A stretch of 64,000 nucleotides of DNA from a virus. Its lineage: Duplodnaviria > Caudoviricetes. Both the position numbers and the translations under genes were made by a program. Within the stretch, counting starts at the first letter, position 1. Each line of letters starts with the position of its first letter. Shown here in pieces: positions 1 to 13,879 of this stretch. Where the stretch lies: positions 21,086 through 85,085 of IMG/VR virus record IMGVR_UViG_3300014039_000024; one strand, written 5' to 3'. The notes under the pieces are model-generated. The model worked only from the letters and a program-made list of their open reading frames with translations. It made no database searches and was not told the DNA's origin.

Positions 1-1674
1 AGATTTATTAGCACTATAAAAAGTATTAATAGTATAATCTAAAGAAAATTCTCCAGAAGGAGTTTCATCATTTTCATTAGTTAAATCAATAACAATTTCT
101 TTATAAGTAGCATTTTCATTTTCAGTATCTTCAATACCAAAATTAAACATAGTATTCTTAATAGGAATCTGCCAAGTTACTTTTTGTGCTTCAACTAATT
201 TACTTATATCTCCGCCATTTTTACCGATTATACCATCTGTGATGGCATAAGTCTTAGAATCAAAATGTAGAGTTAATTTACGACTAATCTTTCCATCCGA
301 TCTATTCATTAAATAATTAGCCTAATTATAAATTAAATAATTACCATTAGTCTAATCTTCACAATAAATAGATAAAGCATTTAAACTATCAATGGTCGCA
401 TCATTAGGGACTTGCTTCTCATTATTAAAAGTAATTACATTACTTCTATAAACTTTTCCATTATATAAGATAATTACTTTGACTTGTTCTTGATTTTTAT
501 TAGAGCGCGGTTTTAGCTTATAATAAAAATTATTAGTATTATCTTCGATCGCAGTCCAATAGACACCAGAATATTCGTCCGCGGAAGGTGCCCCAAATTC
601 ATAGATATACCAACGGACTTCAAAAATATCATCCTTGGTATGCTCGGTTATTTGAACTCTATTACCATCTTCATCAAAATGAACCCACTTTAATCTAACA
701 GTTTTAGAATCAATCTAACCCTTATCATCAATTACATATGTACTTCCATCTAACGAATATACTCTTACATATTCATTCTCTATCTCATCAGCGGAAATAC
801 CTAATCCCATATAGATATCTTTTACAAAGATATTATTGGGTGGAACCGACATATTAAAATCATTAGCATAGCTAATTAAGCTATTATTACTATCTTTAAA
901 ATTACCTTTTTGATAAAGGAATATTTTTATATTATATATTTTTGCTACCGCACTTGTATCAACAACAATTTCTTGAGAATAATATCCTTCAAAATTATAG
1001 GGATTACCATACATATCATTAGTATCTAATTCAATAGATGCTATTAATGGAGCTCCATCTTTTTCAATATTTTTCCCTATTTCTTTAATATTTTCTGCGG
1101 TATCATCTTTAATACCATATATTTCTAGTCTTAATCCATAATTACCACTAACCACACCGAGCGTTTCAAGCCAGGCACGAAAATCGGCACGTAGGCCCAA
1201 CCGCGTAAACCCTTGCTATTCATCAGTGAAAGTAATTCCACCTTCAGGGGTAATCTCAATTTCTTCCTCATTACCATTAGCAAGGATACTCCAAACTTCT
1301 TTATTATTATCTCTGGTAACAAAAAAATTACCAGTTAAATCAATAAAAGTATTAAAAGGATTAACAAAATTATATGGCTTATCTTCATTTTTATCTGTCT
1401 TTTTACCAACAATGAATTTAGTGCTATTATAATCTCCTTTTGGAATCTATACATACACTTTATCATCCTTGTTGTAAGTGGTTATTTGGGAATAAGCATA
1501 AAATTCAGCGTAAGATTCATTTTTAACCTTATACTTACCGATAAGTTTATCTGTGTCATCAATAATAGTACATTCAATAGTGCTATCAAATTTAACTTTA
1601 TCAACACTTGAATTAGCGATAATACTCATTGCTTCACATAAACTTTCTTGAATATTTAATGCGTTATCAGCCAA
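1..1674 (-). CDS. Tail/baseplate-region structural protein, partial (runs off window edge); needs TAG read-through
   Basis: TTG start with AGGAGG RBS. The frame is open to base 1 except for 5 TAG codons and joins track ORFs 1447-1674 and 715-1200. It lies directly downstream of the tape measure gene. Confidence 0.7.
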
Positions 1675-1747
1675 AATAATCCCTCCTTTTACTCATTACT
1701 CTATAATTTTCTAAAAAATTAATTAGTTTTATTCAATATAATTACCC

Positions 1748-1784
1748 AAAAAGAAAAAGGGTGAAGCCCGTAGACCTCACCCTT
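1748..1784 (-). terminator. Intrinsic terminator after tape measure gene
   Basis: AAGGGTGA...TCACCCTT inverted repeat followed by a T tract on the minus strand. Confidence 0.7.
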
Positions 1785-1788
1785 AATT

Positions 1789-4700
1789 TTATTTTCTATT
1801 GGCATATTGAGAAGCTACATTAACTAATGTATTAAATGCTTCTTGAATTTCATATCTATCAGTTGCGTTCGGGAAATTAGCTTCAATTCTAACATTCTAT
1901 TCTAATGTTCCATCTTGAGAACTAACAGTAAATCCAGAAGATGAAAGAGTAGAAATTTGCTGACTATTAAAATCTAACTGTTTCGCAATCTATCTAACTA
2001 ATTGGATAGAAGCTAACATATTTTCAGTATCATCAGCATTAAGAACTAATTCTTTCTGATGCAAGAAAGCTAACTTACCATCGTCATTCCAAGTACCAGT
2101 ATAACCGCCACTTCTGAATCCGACCAATTGTCTCCAAACACTATCAGGTATATCTGGGAAATAATTGTATGTTTGACCATTGCGGGTAATCGGCAATGTT
2201 AAACCTTTACGATAGAAAGCGTCAACACGAGCATTGGTGGCAGTGCCAACATCATAACCACCATTAATCTTATCTTCACGATTCTGCATATATTTATAAT
2301 AATCGTCAGAGCCGTACTCTACACTACCCATATCTTTAGACCAATCGCTATCGCTACTAGAACCACTTCCATTACCAAATCCACTCTAAGCACGTAATGT
2401 TGCTTGAATAGAGTCTAAAAGTTCCTCATAAGCTTTAATGGTATCAAGTAATTGCTGACGGTGCTAAGCCCAAGCCTCAGTGGCGCTACGGACAGAACTT
2501 AACTCACTTTCAAGAGCAGGAATAACCTTATTAGATACTTCTTGATAAAGTTTGTCGCTTTCATCAGTAACATCCTTGACTTTCTACTGAGTATCGCTTA
2601 AATCATCACCAACTATGTCAGTAATCTCATCCATACTAGCTTGCCATTCTTTAAATGTATCATTAATGATATTAGTATTTTCAGTGATAGTATCTTTCCA
2701 ACTATCGCTATTCTCTTTAATAACATCAAAAGAGTTTACCCAAGCATCTTGAACAACTCTACTGTCTTCCTCTTGCGCTAAAGCATAAAGATTCCCAGCA
2801 GTAGTAATCAAATCAGTATATTGTTGAATTACTAAAGCACGCTCTTGCTGATACGTAGTTTCGCGGTAAACCGCGTCTTCTGCTGCCTTCTGATCGAGCT
2901 CTGCGAGCTTTTCAGCCAGTTCTTTCTCATATTGAAGTTTTTGCTGACCATATTTATTTGTCGCATTAAGACGAATATTATATAAATCATTTTCTGCACC
3001 TGCTAAATCTTGCTCCGCGTCATTTACTTTCTCTTGGTCTGCGGTATACACATAACCAAAATTACCCTCGTTATCGCGCTGTAATCTAACTGTAGATTTT
3101 GCGTTTTGAGCTTCCTCTAATGCGATTTGTGCTTCAAGCACTTTATATTTAGCCTAAGCAATCTCTAATTCTAACTGACTTAATTGGTCCTTATCCCTCA
3201 ACTATTCAATTTCTTTAGTAAATTGCTGGTATCTATTTTTAGCTGCTTGATTATTTGTCTTATCAATAGCCTAATTAACATTATTAAGCAGTTTATTCAT
3301 TTCGTAAATCTGATTAGTTTTTGTTAAATATTCATCTTGATAAGAAGACATTCTATCTAAAGCGTCGTTTAAAGCATCCCATCCAGAGATATTAAAATTA
3401 TCACCATTAATGGTTACTTTAGTAGAGCTTAGTTGTTTGTTCATTTCATCAGCAGCCTACTCCATTTTTGTAGTAAGAATCTCTTTTAACGCTTCGCCAT
3501 ATTCTTCAGCTTTAGAGAGCATGTCCTCTTCCGCTTCATCAAACGCGGCTAATATAGCATCATAATTCTTTTGAAGCACTTCACGTTCAGCATCATCGGT
3601 CGAATTAGCTAAGGCCGCTGCCGCCGCATCACGTTCACGCTTCAAACTCTCATACCATTGTTTAGAAGCATCAAAATTATTTTTCTTAGTCTAAGCAGTT
3701 CCATTCAAAACTGATAAAACTTTATCATAATCTTTGTCCTTACCTAATAAAGTAATAATAGAACGATAGTGGTCTAATACACTAGTTAAATGTTCCATAT
3801 GGTCTGTATATTTAGACAATTCATCATTTGCCAAATCTATAGTATTACCATAGTATTCAAGCATTTCTTTGTCTAAATCCTACAAAGCATTTAAATTATC
3901 TAATGTATTATCATATACATCCTATAAGCCTTCAATATAATTCTCTTGAGAAATTTCTCCATTAGAATAAGCATTATTTAACTAACCATAGAAATTCTCA
4001 TAAGTTCCTAATTGACTAATTACTGGATCAAATTGACCTTGTAAATATCCAAGAGCTTCAGCAGCTTTATAAATATTATCACTTAACTTATCGAAATAAT
4101 ATTCTAATTTCTTAGTATCATTTTCATCTAATTGAATCTTTACTTCAACTTCATAAGTAAGCATTTGATAATTTCTATCTTGCCACTCATTTATTTTATC
4201 TTGAATATCATCAGTTAATTCTTCAACTAAGTCTCTTGTGTCTTCATACTAACTAATAGCATCTTTTAACTCATCAATTTTCTCTTGAATCGGATCTAAA
4301 GTTGCTTCTTTATAAGCATCTTGCGCGTCTTTTGTAGAGAAGGAATTTGCTCTATCCTACGCGGCCGCGAGCTAATTATAAAGTTTAGTCATCTAATCAG
4401 TATAATTAGAAATATCACCATCTTCATCAAATGTAAAAGTGACTCCCGCTTTTTTCGCAGCTTGTTCTAAAGCCGCTTTATCTGTTTTTAAGTAAGCCTA
4501 TGCTTCTTTTTGCTTTTGCTTTAATAAATCAACTTCTTTTAAAATTAATTTATTGCCTTTAGCCATTGCATCAAGATGAGCTTTACCCCAAAGTCTATCA
4601 GCAGATTTATCTGCCCTATCCAAAGAACGAGTAACATCTTCAATGCTATCAGTTACTTCTTTATATCTGTCAACAATTTCAGACTTCTAAGTTTTATCAA

Positions 4701-7700
4701 TTTTAGAAGGTTTAGAAGAAGAACCTCCACTTGATTTGCTATTTCCTGAACCTCCAGAGTTAGTAGAAGAGTGATTATTTGAACTACCAGTAGCTTTCTT
4801 TCTTAGCCCTTTAATTTGAGGAGGAGTCTTTCCACCGCTAAAAGACACTAAACGCATACTACTATCAGCTTCAGTAGGCTCTTCAGCTTTCGTTTCTGTC
4901 TTTGTTGTAAAAGATGGCAGATTAATAGTATGTTTACCAAAAATTCCAAAATCAAAAGTTTTAGGATTATCAGATTTAATATCTACTACACGAGTTACTG
5001 TTTCAGCATTCGGCATTTCAGCAGAAGTATCAATATCCTCTGCATTATAAACTGGTTCGTAACCAATTCCAGCAAAATAAGCATTAGCTTCATCTGCTGT
5101 CATTTGAGAAGTCTAAACCAATTCATTAGCAGCTTTTAAGAAATCTTCATCTTTAACAGTAGCTCCAACTTCAATAGTTGGATCAATTTCAGAACAAGCA
5201 TCTTTGACTTTCTAGTCTAAAGCTTCTACCTAAGCTGTAAATTCTTCATCCTAGCCTAAAGTAATCTAAGTAATAATTTCTTCATCCATTGAACTCCTTA
5301 AAGAATCAATAGCTTTTTCATCGCCTTCAGCCGCATTAGCAATTTCATCTAAATGACTAGTGACAAAATCATCTGTAATGAAATCTTCCTCAACATCAAG
5401 GACATCAGATAAAGCAGAACGAGTCTTACTTAAAGCATTAAAATACTCTTGACTACCTTTTGAGCTCTTTTTTAAAACATCATTCCAAGTTTCAAAATTA
5501 TCAGATAAAGTTTCTATACCTTTATTCATTCGAGTAATCTAAACTGCTAAGCTGGCCGCCGCGTTAGCATCTTGAGAAACACTATCATCAAATTCATCAG
5601 AATTTTTAGATACTTCAAGAATATAAGAAGCATAATCTTTCATAGACTAAACCTCATCATCGCTTAATCCCATTTTTTCACCAGCATTAGTAAAGAAATC
5701 AGACATACTATCTAATTCACCAATAGCACTTAAATCTTTAAGCCCATCTTTAAATTTATCGACAGTCACTTTACCGTTGGCTAATTGTTCTACTAATCTT
5801 TGATAAGCATCGCTTTGTTTATCTATATATTTAATACTTTCACTAAAATTCTATAAATCTTCTTCAGAAGTACCATAAGCATTAACAATTTTATTAAAAT
5901 ATTCATTACCTAAGTCTGTATCATCAAAAGATTTTTGTAAACTTCTCTAAAAACTATCTAAATAATTTAATTGATCTGAATCTAAATTACTTAAATCTAC
6001 TCCATTTAAAGACTCTTGTAAAGTGTTCTATAAAACAGTAGTAAATTTTTCGGCTACTTCAGGAGAAGAATAAGCTTCAGCTAATTGACTATAAAATTGG
6101 TCTGCACTAACTTTTAATTCATCTCCATCAACATTCAAAACCATATTTCCTTTACGCTAAGCTACATAAGATACATCTTCATATCCTTGTTGCTTAAGTA
6201 ATTGTATATAATCTTGAATTTCTTGCTCATTACCACTATAATTTATATGTTTATTCCATTTAAAATTTTCCTATAACTTAGATTTCTAATCAGCTATAGT
6301 TTGAGCATAAATATCTTCTCCATTAAAAAGATCATTTATTTCATCAGCAGTTCTGTCACTTCCAAGAGCTGAAAATTCTGCTTCTAATAAATTATTATAT
6401 AATAATTTTCCCTATTCTTTTAAAGAAGAATTTTTAGTTATCTAATCTTTATTTTCCAGAATGGATTGATAAAATGCTTCAACTGTATCATCCTTAACAT
6501 TTTCAATACCAGCCCCCGTCGCATCTGCTATCGCATTTAATAATTCGCGAGCTCCTTCTTTAGTATAAATCATATTTCCAAAAGCAGGATTATCAGCAGC
6601 ATTTTGAATCATTTCACTTAAATTAGTTTTAGTAAGATCACTACCTCCTAACGTGGAAGCCGCAATTCCTAAACCAAAACTAGTATCTTTAAATGAGCTA
6701 TAACTATTTTCAATTTGCTAATTATTTAAAGCAATCTAATCCTTTATTTTTGTAGCGGTTGCAATTTTAAGACTCTCTTTTTGAGACTCTTCTAAATATT
6801 TTCGCCCTTCATCGCTAACATCCATAGCTCCATTTTCATCAGTAGTAATATATTTAGATAATTCAGGGTATTTTTCTAATAATTCAGTAATTTCAGCATT
6901 AACATCAGAAATGGCTTTATACCATTCAATAGTGCCAGGGACTAAATCTCCAATTGTATCTTTATAAGACTACAATTTTTCTAATGCTGAATTAGTTTCG
7001 TCAATACTATTGTTTAATTTATCAAAAGCTTCAGAACTCGCTTTCGCATTTTCTTCTAGCTTTTTTAATTTTGCTTCTGGAGTGCTTTCCTACATCTTTT
7101 TGAAACCAATAGCAATTAAAGCAATAACTCCAGCTAAAGCGGTAAAAGCTCCAACTGCTACAAGTGCAGTTGCAGCAAACATACTCATACCCGTCTTTGC
7201 TGCTACTAAAGCCGCTGTCTAAACTAATAAACTATTAGCAAATTTAGTTGAAGAAAAAGCTGCCTAAACCTATGCCAAAGTCATTTCTTTAGTAACAACT
7301 ACTTTTCCTTCAGTAGCTGCAGTATTGGCATTTATAGCAACAGTTTCAAGAAGTGTCTACATAGTTGCTTTTAACTAAGTAGCACTTTTCTTTACTTCAG
7401 CTTCTTTAAATTGATTAATAGCGGAAGTCAAAGAGACTAATGCCATACTCAAAGATACAGTAACAGATAACAATTTATCACCGATACTCATATCTTCATC
7501 CTATAAAGTATCAATCGCTCCCTTTAAGGACATTATCCCCATTGCAAAAGAAGAAATAGCAGTGAAACTCTAAGTAATAGATTTACCGAAATCATTAAGA
7601 GCACTTTCGTATCCACTGATCGCACTTTTAATTTCAACAAATTGATTACGTAATCCCTCATTTCCATTTTTAAGAATTTCAGATTTTTCTTTCACATCTA

Positions 7701-10032
7701 ATAGAGTATTACCTAAATCTTCTGCTCTATCATCAAACTCTTTGGCAGCTCTACCCGTTAAACCAAATCGTTCTTTTAATGCTTGAATCTGTGCCGCTGC
7801 TTCATAGGCAGTATCAGATAATAAGTCTTCAGCATTAAGATTTCCTAAATTATGTAGCTCTTCTTCGAGATCTTCTGCATTCATCATGCCATTCTCAAAC
7901 TAGAAAGCTAAAGTCCTTACCTAATCAGCAGTTTTTCCAAAATGAACTTGATCTAAAGCTTTAGCTAAATTTTCAAATTCATTATGAAGTTCAGTAGAAT
8001 TACTTTTTAAATTTCCAATTTTTTCATTAATAGTATTTAAAGCAGAAGCTCCTTGGCGGCCAGTTTCTATAATACTATCTAAGTCTTGTCTAGTTGAAGA
8101 ATAAGTGCTTAAATTACTTTCAATATCACCTGTAGAATTATTTCTTATAATTGATCTTAAACTACTATTATAATCTTGTAATTTTTCGACCGCCTGATCT
8201 TTTGACTAAGCCGCTTTAATAACCTATTCCCCATAGGCTTGATTAATCGCAAGTAAATTTTCTAACTATTGTCTTTCCTCCGCAGTTATATCGCCAGAAA
8301 TTTTTTGAATTTCTTTTTTCAATTCTAAGGTATATTTTAATTGTTCTCCAGAAACGGCATCTGCTTCAGTAACATTATCAAAAGCCATATTAGAAGCTCT
8401 AGTATAGACTTCTTCTTTCACCTATTCAGCAGAACGTTTAGTTAAACCTAGTAAGGACTATATACCAAAACCAACATTACTTAACCCCTGAGCAATTTGC
8501 TAATTAAAAACTCGTGTAAACACAACTCCAATAGCAGCAATTACTCCTGGTAAACCGCCCATACTTTCTATTAAATCATTTATTTTATCTAAGACGTCAG
8601 CCAATAAATCATTTAACGTGATAAAAAATTTATCATTAATTAATTCTGCATAAATTCCCTATGCTGCCGCTTTTACACGGTCTCTCGCGGCTTCCCAAGA
8701 TTCTGCATAAATATCTGCTTGTTCTTGGAGAGAACCATCTGCATTCTATGCTTTCTCAAGATTCTCTTTATAATAATCAAAATTATCCATCAAAGCAATT
8801 AATTGAGTATACTGACGAACACCAGCAACCTATTGCGCTAATGCCACTTGTTCTGCTTTACTAATAGTATCCCATTTAGATCCCATTTCTTCAAGCAAAT
8901 CATCCATATCCTTTAATTGCCCATTAGAATCTTTAATATTAATTCCAACTTTTTCAAGAGCTTGTGAATATTGATTTAATGTAGTGCCATCTTCAAGTGT
9001 CTCGCCAAGCTTTAAACCTTGAATACGAGCAAAAATAGTCTTTAAAGAAGTACCTACAACATCTTCGCTTTGACGTGTTGTAGCAGTAATGGTTGCCAAG
9101 GCAGCCGCTGCATTATCAAAACTTAAACCAATCGTATTGGCTACAGCTGCAAACTTTTCAAGACCACCAGCAATTTCATCAGTACTAGATGCGGTATCGG
9201 CGCCTAAACGCACCATTGCATCAGCATAATGCTCTAATGACTAGCTTCCGTCATAAAAATTATTCCAAACAGCAGTCATTTGATCTGAGACGATTTCAGC
9301 ACTTTCGCGCGCCACATTTGCCATTTTAATAGTAATATCAGTACGCTCTTTTACTTGCTCATCATCTAAACCCTATTGATAATAAATTAAAGCAGCATCA
9401 GTATACTCAGTAGTAGTTGTACTTAATGCCTTAGCTGCTGTATTTGCCTATTTAGCAAATTTAGCCATTTGGTCAACACTCTAACCAGTGACAATACGAA
9501 TATTGTTCAAAGATTCATTTAAATCTTCTGCATAGCGATAGGCGCTCGAAATTGCTCCAGTAAAACTGTGTAATGCACTAGAAGAAATTTGCCAGCGGGC
9601 AGTATTCTTCAAAACAGTCCACATTTCAGAGATTAAAGCACTTGTTCTCTTTAACGGGACGTCAGCTTCAACAATAGATTGAGCCAAGGACATAAAGGCC
9701 TTTTGTCCTTCTGGCCCCAATTCTATTAAATTATTCTATAATTTTTCTAAGCTTAAATTACTCTATTTCAAAGATTGAGAAAATTTAGTCAAATCCATTT
9801 TCCCAGTTTTTATATTTACAGTTTGAGATAAAATAGTCTATAACTTAGAAGCGGCTATTTGTGCTTCTGTCAATTCTTTTGTTATAGGTAATTTTTGAGT
9901 CTGTACTTCATTTATTGAAGATTTTAATAAATTATCTAACTGAAGCTATAAATCTTTAATTTGGTTCTATGCAGATTTAGAGTCAGCAGTAAATTGTAAA
10001 TTAACCTAATAACTATTTAATTGTTTAGCCAT
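1789..10032 (-). CDS. Tail tape measure protein, ~2747 aa, many in-frame TAG (Gln) codons
   Basis: ATG 10032 with GAAAGGAG RBS, TAA at 1789. All nine minus-strand track fragments (9481-9720, 8830-9216, 7570-7887, 5266-5529, 4687-5103, 3982-4164, 3457-3645, 2584-3141, 1990-2331) are in this one frame. TP901-type TMP segment (ADTASSTDEIAGGLEKFAAVA...TIFARI), coiled-coil body, C-terminal GGYTG...HQKELVLN motif. Confidence 0.92.
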
Positions 10033-10068
10033 AGAAATCTCCTTTCTCTCCAAGTTTTATCTTTATAT

Positions 10069-10109
10069 AAAAATAAAACGGGGATAAGAGCAATTATACT
10101 CTTATCCCC
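10069..10109 (-). terminator. Intrinsic terminator-like hairpin between the 10155-10688 gene and TMP
   Basis: GGGGATAAGAG-N8-CTCTTATCCCC, 11 bp perfect stem, followed by TTTTATTTT on minus. Confidence 0.7.
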
Positions 10110-10154
10110 ATCACTCTATTATTTTTCAAAAAATAATATTATTAACTAATTTAA

Positions 10155-10688
10155 TTAGCCCAATTTAGTAAGCACATCTTTCAATAGGGCCATATTATCT
10201 GGATCATTCAACTTCTTTTGAATATCTGTTGCATCCAAATCTAAATTACTATAATCCGCGGAAATTGCTTCCATAATACCCATCGCGGAATTACGATATG
10301 CTACAATATTATTAGCCATTTCATGAGTTGTTTTATTTAAATAATAAAACTCTCCGTCGGGCACAAGACCAATAATAAGATTAAGCACCTTAGAAGCATT
10401 AAGCATATCATAAAGTTTCATTGGATCTTCCTTCTGTTTTTCGGTAAACGAAATATTACTATAAGCATAGACAATCTCTAAACCGAGATTCATATCTAAC
10501 TTTAAAAGATTATAATATCCAGTATTTTCATCTACTGAATTATTTAATACACGAGTAATTAATTCACTCTTTTCTACAATGGGAAGATATTGCTTTACTT
10601 CAATAGTCTAATCATTATATTCAACAGTTTGAACTTTATTAAGTTCATCCTTAGTAATTCCTAATTTATTATATGAAATTTTAGCCAT
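10155..10688 (-). CDS. Hypothetical protein (possible tail assembly chaperone), 177 aa, one TAG at codon 27
   Basis: ATG with GGAGG RBS; read-through joins the N-terminus to track ORF 10155-10493; position just before TMP. Confidence 0.7.
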
Positions 10689-10715
10689 AACTAGCCTCCT
10701 TTTACTCTTTATTGT

Positions 10716-10744
10716 ATTATACAAAAAATTTTTTGTTCAGTCAA
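10716..10744 (-). promoter_or_regulatory. sigmaA-type promoter inside the morphogenesis region
   Basis: TTGACT-17 nt-TATAAT on minus, upstream of ATG 10688. Confidence 0.75.
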
Positions 10745-10749
10745 TTTTC

Positions 10750-11853
10750 TTAAAGATTCGAAAATTTACTTTGATTAATTCTAATACGTCCATACAATGC
10801 TTTTTCCCAGTCTATATCTCCATTAAAATAATCATCATCAATATTATCAACAAGTTCTTTTACTACAGTTATAGTTGGAATAACTTTAATTGTTCCATTT
10901 AAATTTAATACTAAAAATTTAGTATAATTACCACCAATTAATTTATTTAATGCAGTATCTACATAGTTAGATTTTCCACCTGTTAATTCATAAATTGCTC
11001 TTAATCTATAAAAATATTTAGGAGCATCAGGATGCTCTTTTGGATAGTGTCTCTGTTTGCAAGCCAACATACGATAATATCTTTGTATTTTGCTAGAAGC
11101 CCCACTAAGAGGAATCATAGTCATAAAAACGCGGAAAGGATTTGTTGATCCTAGCTCAATCTAAGTATTAGACATATAATTTTTTGCAGTAAAAGTAGCA
11201 TTTAATAAAGCATCATAAAGATCCTCATCTATTTGATAATGAGAATTCTGCTATATTGTATAAGTTTGCTATATTCCTATAATATCAGTTTTACCTGACA
11301 CTCCTCTCATTGTCGAAATAGAATTCTAAACATCTTTTTTAATCTAATCTCCTGCTTTCTTATATATATCGCCCATTAGATTTTTAATATCGTCATCAAT
11401 ATTTTTAGATAAATCAATAACATTAACTTGTCCTGTTCCAGCTTTTTTACTTGCACTTGTAATAGTCATGCTTCTATTACCCGCAAAATAATTCTCCGCT
11501 GTTGCTACTGCTTCAGCCACTACATTTTCAAAATACTTACCACGAGAATCATTATTATCCAAATTTTTGGGGATATTAAACAAAAAATTCATTGAAGAAA
11601 ATAAATCTGGATTAATCTATTCTAAAGAATCTAATAATTCTGCCATTTGAGTATCTTGAACTACATTTCCTTGTTGTCGGTTTTGAATACTTCTAAAAAA
11701 TTCTTCCAACTTCTTTGCTTGCTTTTCCTAAGTTCCTCTCGCATGCAGTTTTTGGCTCATACTTCTTTTTGTATAATCATAAGATTTTTTTAAAAAATCC
11801 TAAGTATTCATTTCTCGCGGACTTGCTTTAATGCTTCTCTATAATGAATTCAT
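10750..11853 (-). CDS. Hypothetical protein, 367 aa, about 9 in-frame TAG
   Basis: ATG 11853 with AGGAGG RBS; same frame as track ORFs 11344-11592 and 10750-11124. Confidence 0.75.
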
Positions 11854-11875
11854 AAATCCTCCTTTTCCACATAAC

Positions 11876-11912
11876 GAAAAAAATGGGAGAGAATATTTCT
11901 ATTCTCTCCCAT
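11876..11912 (-). terminator. Intrinsic terminator after tail tube operon segment
   Basis: ATGGGAGAGAATA-TTTC-TATTCTCTCCCAT, 13 bp stem plus T tract. Confidence 0.8.
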
Positions 11913-11915
11913 TAA

Positions 11916-12101
11916 TTAATCTTCTTTATCTAATTCAGATAAAATCTTACTTACCTCGTCTTCCTGTGAAAGAATTACTTCCTCAACAGGTTTAATAGGC
12001 TCTTTCTTTATTACAGCCTTTTCTACTTTTGGCTGCTTTTTAGTAGATTCTTTTTTAGGCTGTTTCGGTGGAGTATATTTTACTGGACCTTTTACAACCA
12101 T
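11916..12101 (-). CDS. Small Lys/Pro/Glu-rich hypothetical protein, 61 aa
   Basis: Track ORF with GGAGG RBS overlapping the end of the tail tube gene. Confidence 0.55.
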   Translation of the reverse strand: MVVKGPVKYTPPKQPKKESTKKQPKVEKAVIKKEPIKPVEEVILSQEDEVSKILSELDKED

Positions 12102-12106
12102 ATTAA

Positions 12107-13129
12107 TTAACCTCCGATACCCGTTGAGGCTACAGCTTTATCAGCGGCAGTAGACATACGGATACCGTTGTCACTCTCTTCACTCTCTTCAATAATCTGG
12201 ATAGCAGCCAAAACCTTCTTACTATGATCGAAACGAGTATAATCAGGGAATGCGTCCATAGTAAATGTAAAGGTAGAAGGATCGCCAGAAGAGGCCATCG
12301 TGAAGTTGAAATTAGACTGAATCTTGCAGTTAGGAATAATAAATTCAGCAGGCATATCTACACCATTCTGATTGCGGAATAAGGTAGAAGCTTCAAGATA
12401 ATAGTTACCTCCAAACTTATCAGCAGTAATTTCAATCTGCTTAGCGCCCTTACCACGCTCAGTGTAATAATCAACCATTACTGAATCGCAAGCTGCATAA
12501 TCGGCTACTAAATCATTAGCCTTATAGCTACCTTCATTAATATCTTTATAACTATCACTACGAGCAAAACTTGGCTTAATAGTAACACTATAACTACCCT
12601 TAGTTGTACTTCCCGTATGAGCGATATAGGGTTCTGAAATAATATCGCCATCTTTTACGAAGAAAATATAAGCAAAATCTTCATCAACATTACTTTCTTC
12701 TAAATAAGGGGGATAACTAAGAGGAATAGTTAAACCATTAGTATCAATTTGCTTGTTGGAGTCAACCTTGCCAACAGTATCTTTATCAATAGTTTGAGTA
12801 ACATGTTGCTTAATCTTAACAGATTTTAAACCTTCCTCATCATTACCTTCAATAAGACCAGCACCGGAAAGAATCATGAAACCTTCAGGAGAAATAAGAG
12901 CATCTTCCATAGTGAAGGTAACAGTACGCTCGCCTTCCCATGCGACTAAGTTAGTATTACCACGACCGCCCTGTGCGTATACGGTGGTAGCAGCACCTTC
13001 CATACTGGAAGTCTTTAAAGTGTCGAAATAAATAACAGGCTCATTCTTATAGAACTGTTTATTACCGATCTTTTGGTTAGCCTTAGCCTTTAAAACGACA
13101 TCGCAAATTTCGCGTACACCAAATTTCAT
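12107..13129 (-). CDS. Major tail (tube) protein, 340 aa, no TAG
   Basis: AAGGAGG RBS; beta-rich tube-like sequence (ERTVTFTMEDAL; IIPNCKIQSNFNFTMASSGDPSTFTFTMDAF); position between neck genes and TMP; high-expression codon style. Confidence 0.75.
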   Translation of the reverse strand: MKFGVREICDVVLKAKANQKIGNKQFYKNEPVIYFDTLKTSSMEGAATTVYAQGGRGNTNLVAWEGERTVTFTMEDALISPEGFMILSGAGLIEGNDEEGLKSVKIKQHVTQTIDKDTVGKVDSNKQIDTNGLTIPLSYPPYLEESNVDEDFAYIFFVKDGDIISEPYIAHTGSTTKGSYSVTIKPSFARSDSYKDINEGSYKANDLVADYAACDSVMVDYYTERGKGAKQIEITADKFGGNYYLEASTLFRNQNGVDMPAEFIIPNCKIQSNFNFTMASSGDPSTFTFTMDAFPDYTRFDHSKKVLAAIQIIEESEESDNGIRMSTAADKAVASTGIGG

Positions 13130-13153
13130 AGGTTTTTTTCCTCCTTAAAAAAT

Positions 13154-13879
13154 TTAATGGATATTTTTCATCCAGTTATCCGGCTTGTTATCAGGTTTCG
13201 CACCTGCTAACCTAGACCGAATATCAATATCCCAATTAATATAAAGTTGATATCTTTCAACAAGGTCATAGAGTTGGAACATTGTTAAATCCATTAAATC
13301 CTGTAAAGACATTGAATCAAGACCTACAGTAAGCATTGAAAGATACTAACTAAATATACTAGCATTAGCCGTGCCGTTTAATTCAGCGACACGTTGTCTA
13401 CCTCGCATTAATTTGTCGGCTATCTTTTTCGCGGCCGCATTTCCAGGATTAAATCCCATTTCTTGCGAAGCATTAGACTTAAAACAAAATATTTCTTTAA
13501 TATATTCTTGCAATATATTAAAATTACTTTCATCAATCATTATTTGCGGGTCACCTTGCAAAACAATTGACCTAGGGGTAAATAAAACATTTTGCTTTGG
13601 AAACAATAATGTAAGAACCTAGATAGATGCTTGTTTTTTATCGGCCATCTCTTTTTCTTTCATCATTGTCATAAATATCTAAAAATTATTTGTTTCTCTT
13701 AAAAGACTTTCGCCCGAATTCTCTATTATGTTTTTATCAATACATAAGCACTAAATCCCCAAGAAAAGATCTTTTTCGCCTATAAAAGAAATTTCCTTTA
13801 TAGATGGCTAATGAATAGTAACTTCTAATTCTGGTATTGGCAGATCAATGCCAGTCATTAAACCAAGTCTAATATCCAT
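13154..13879 (-). CDS. Conserved tail-region protein (possible chaperone), 241 aa, 5 TAG
   Basis: ATG overlaps the upstream TAA (TAATG); joins track ORFs 13346-13606 and 13154-13336. Confidence 0.7.
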
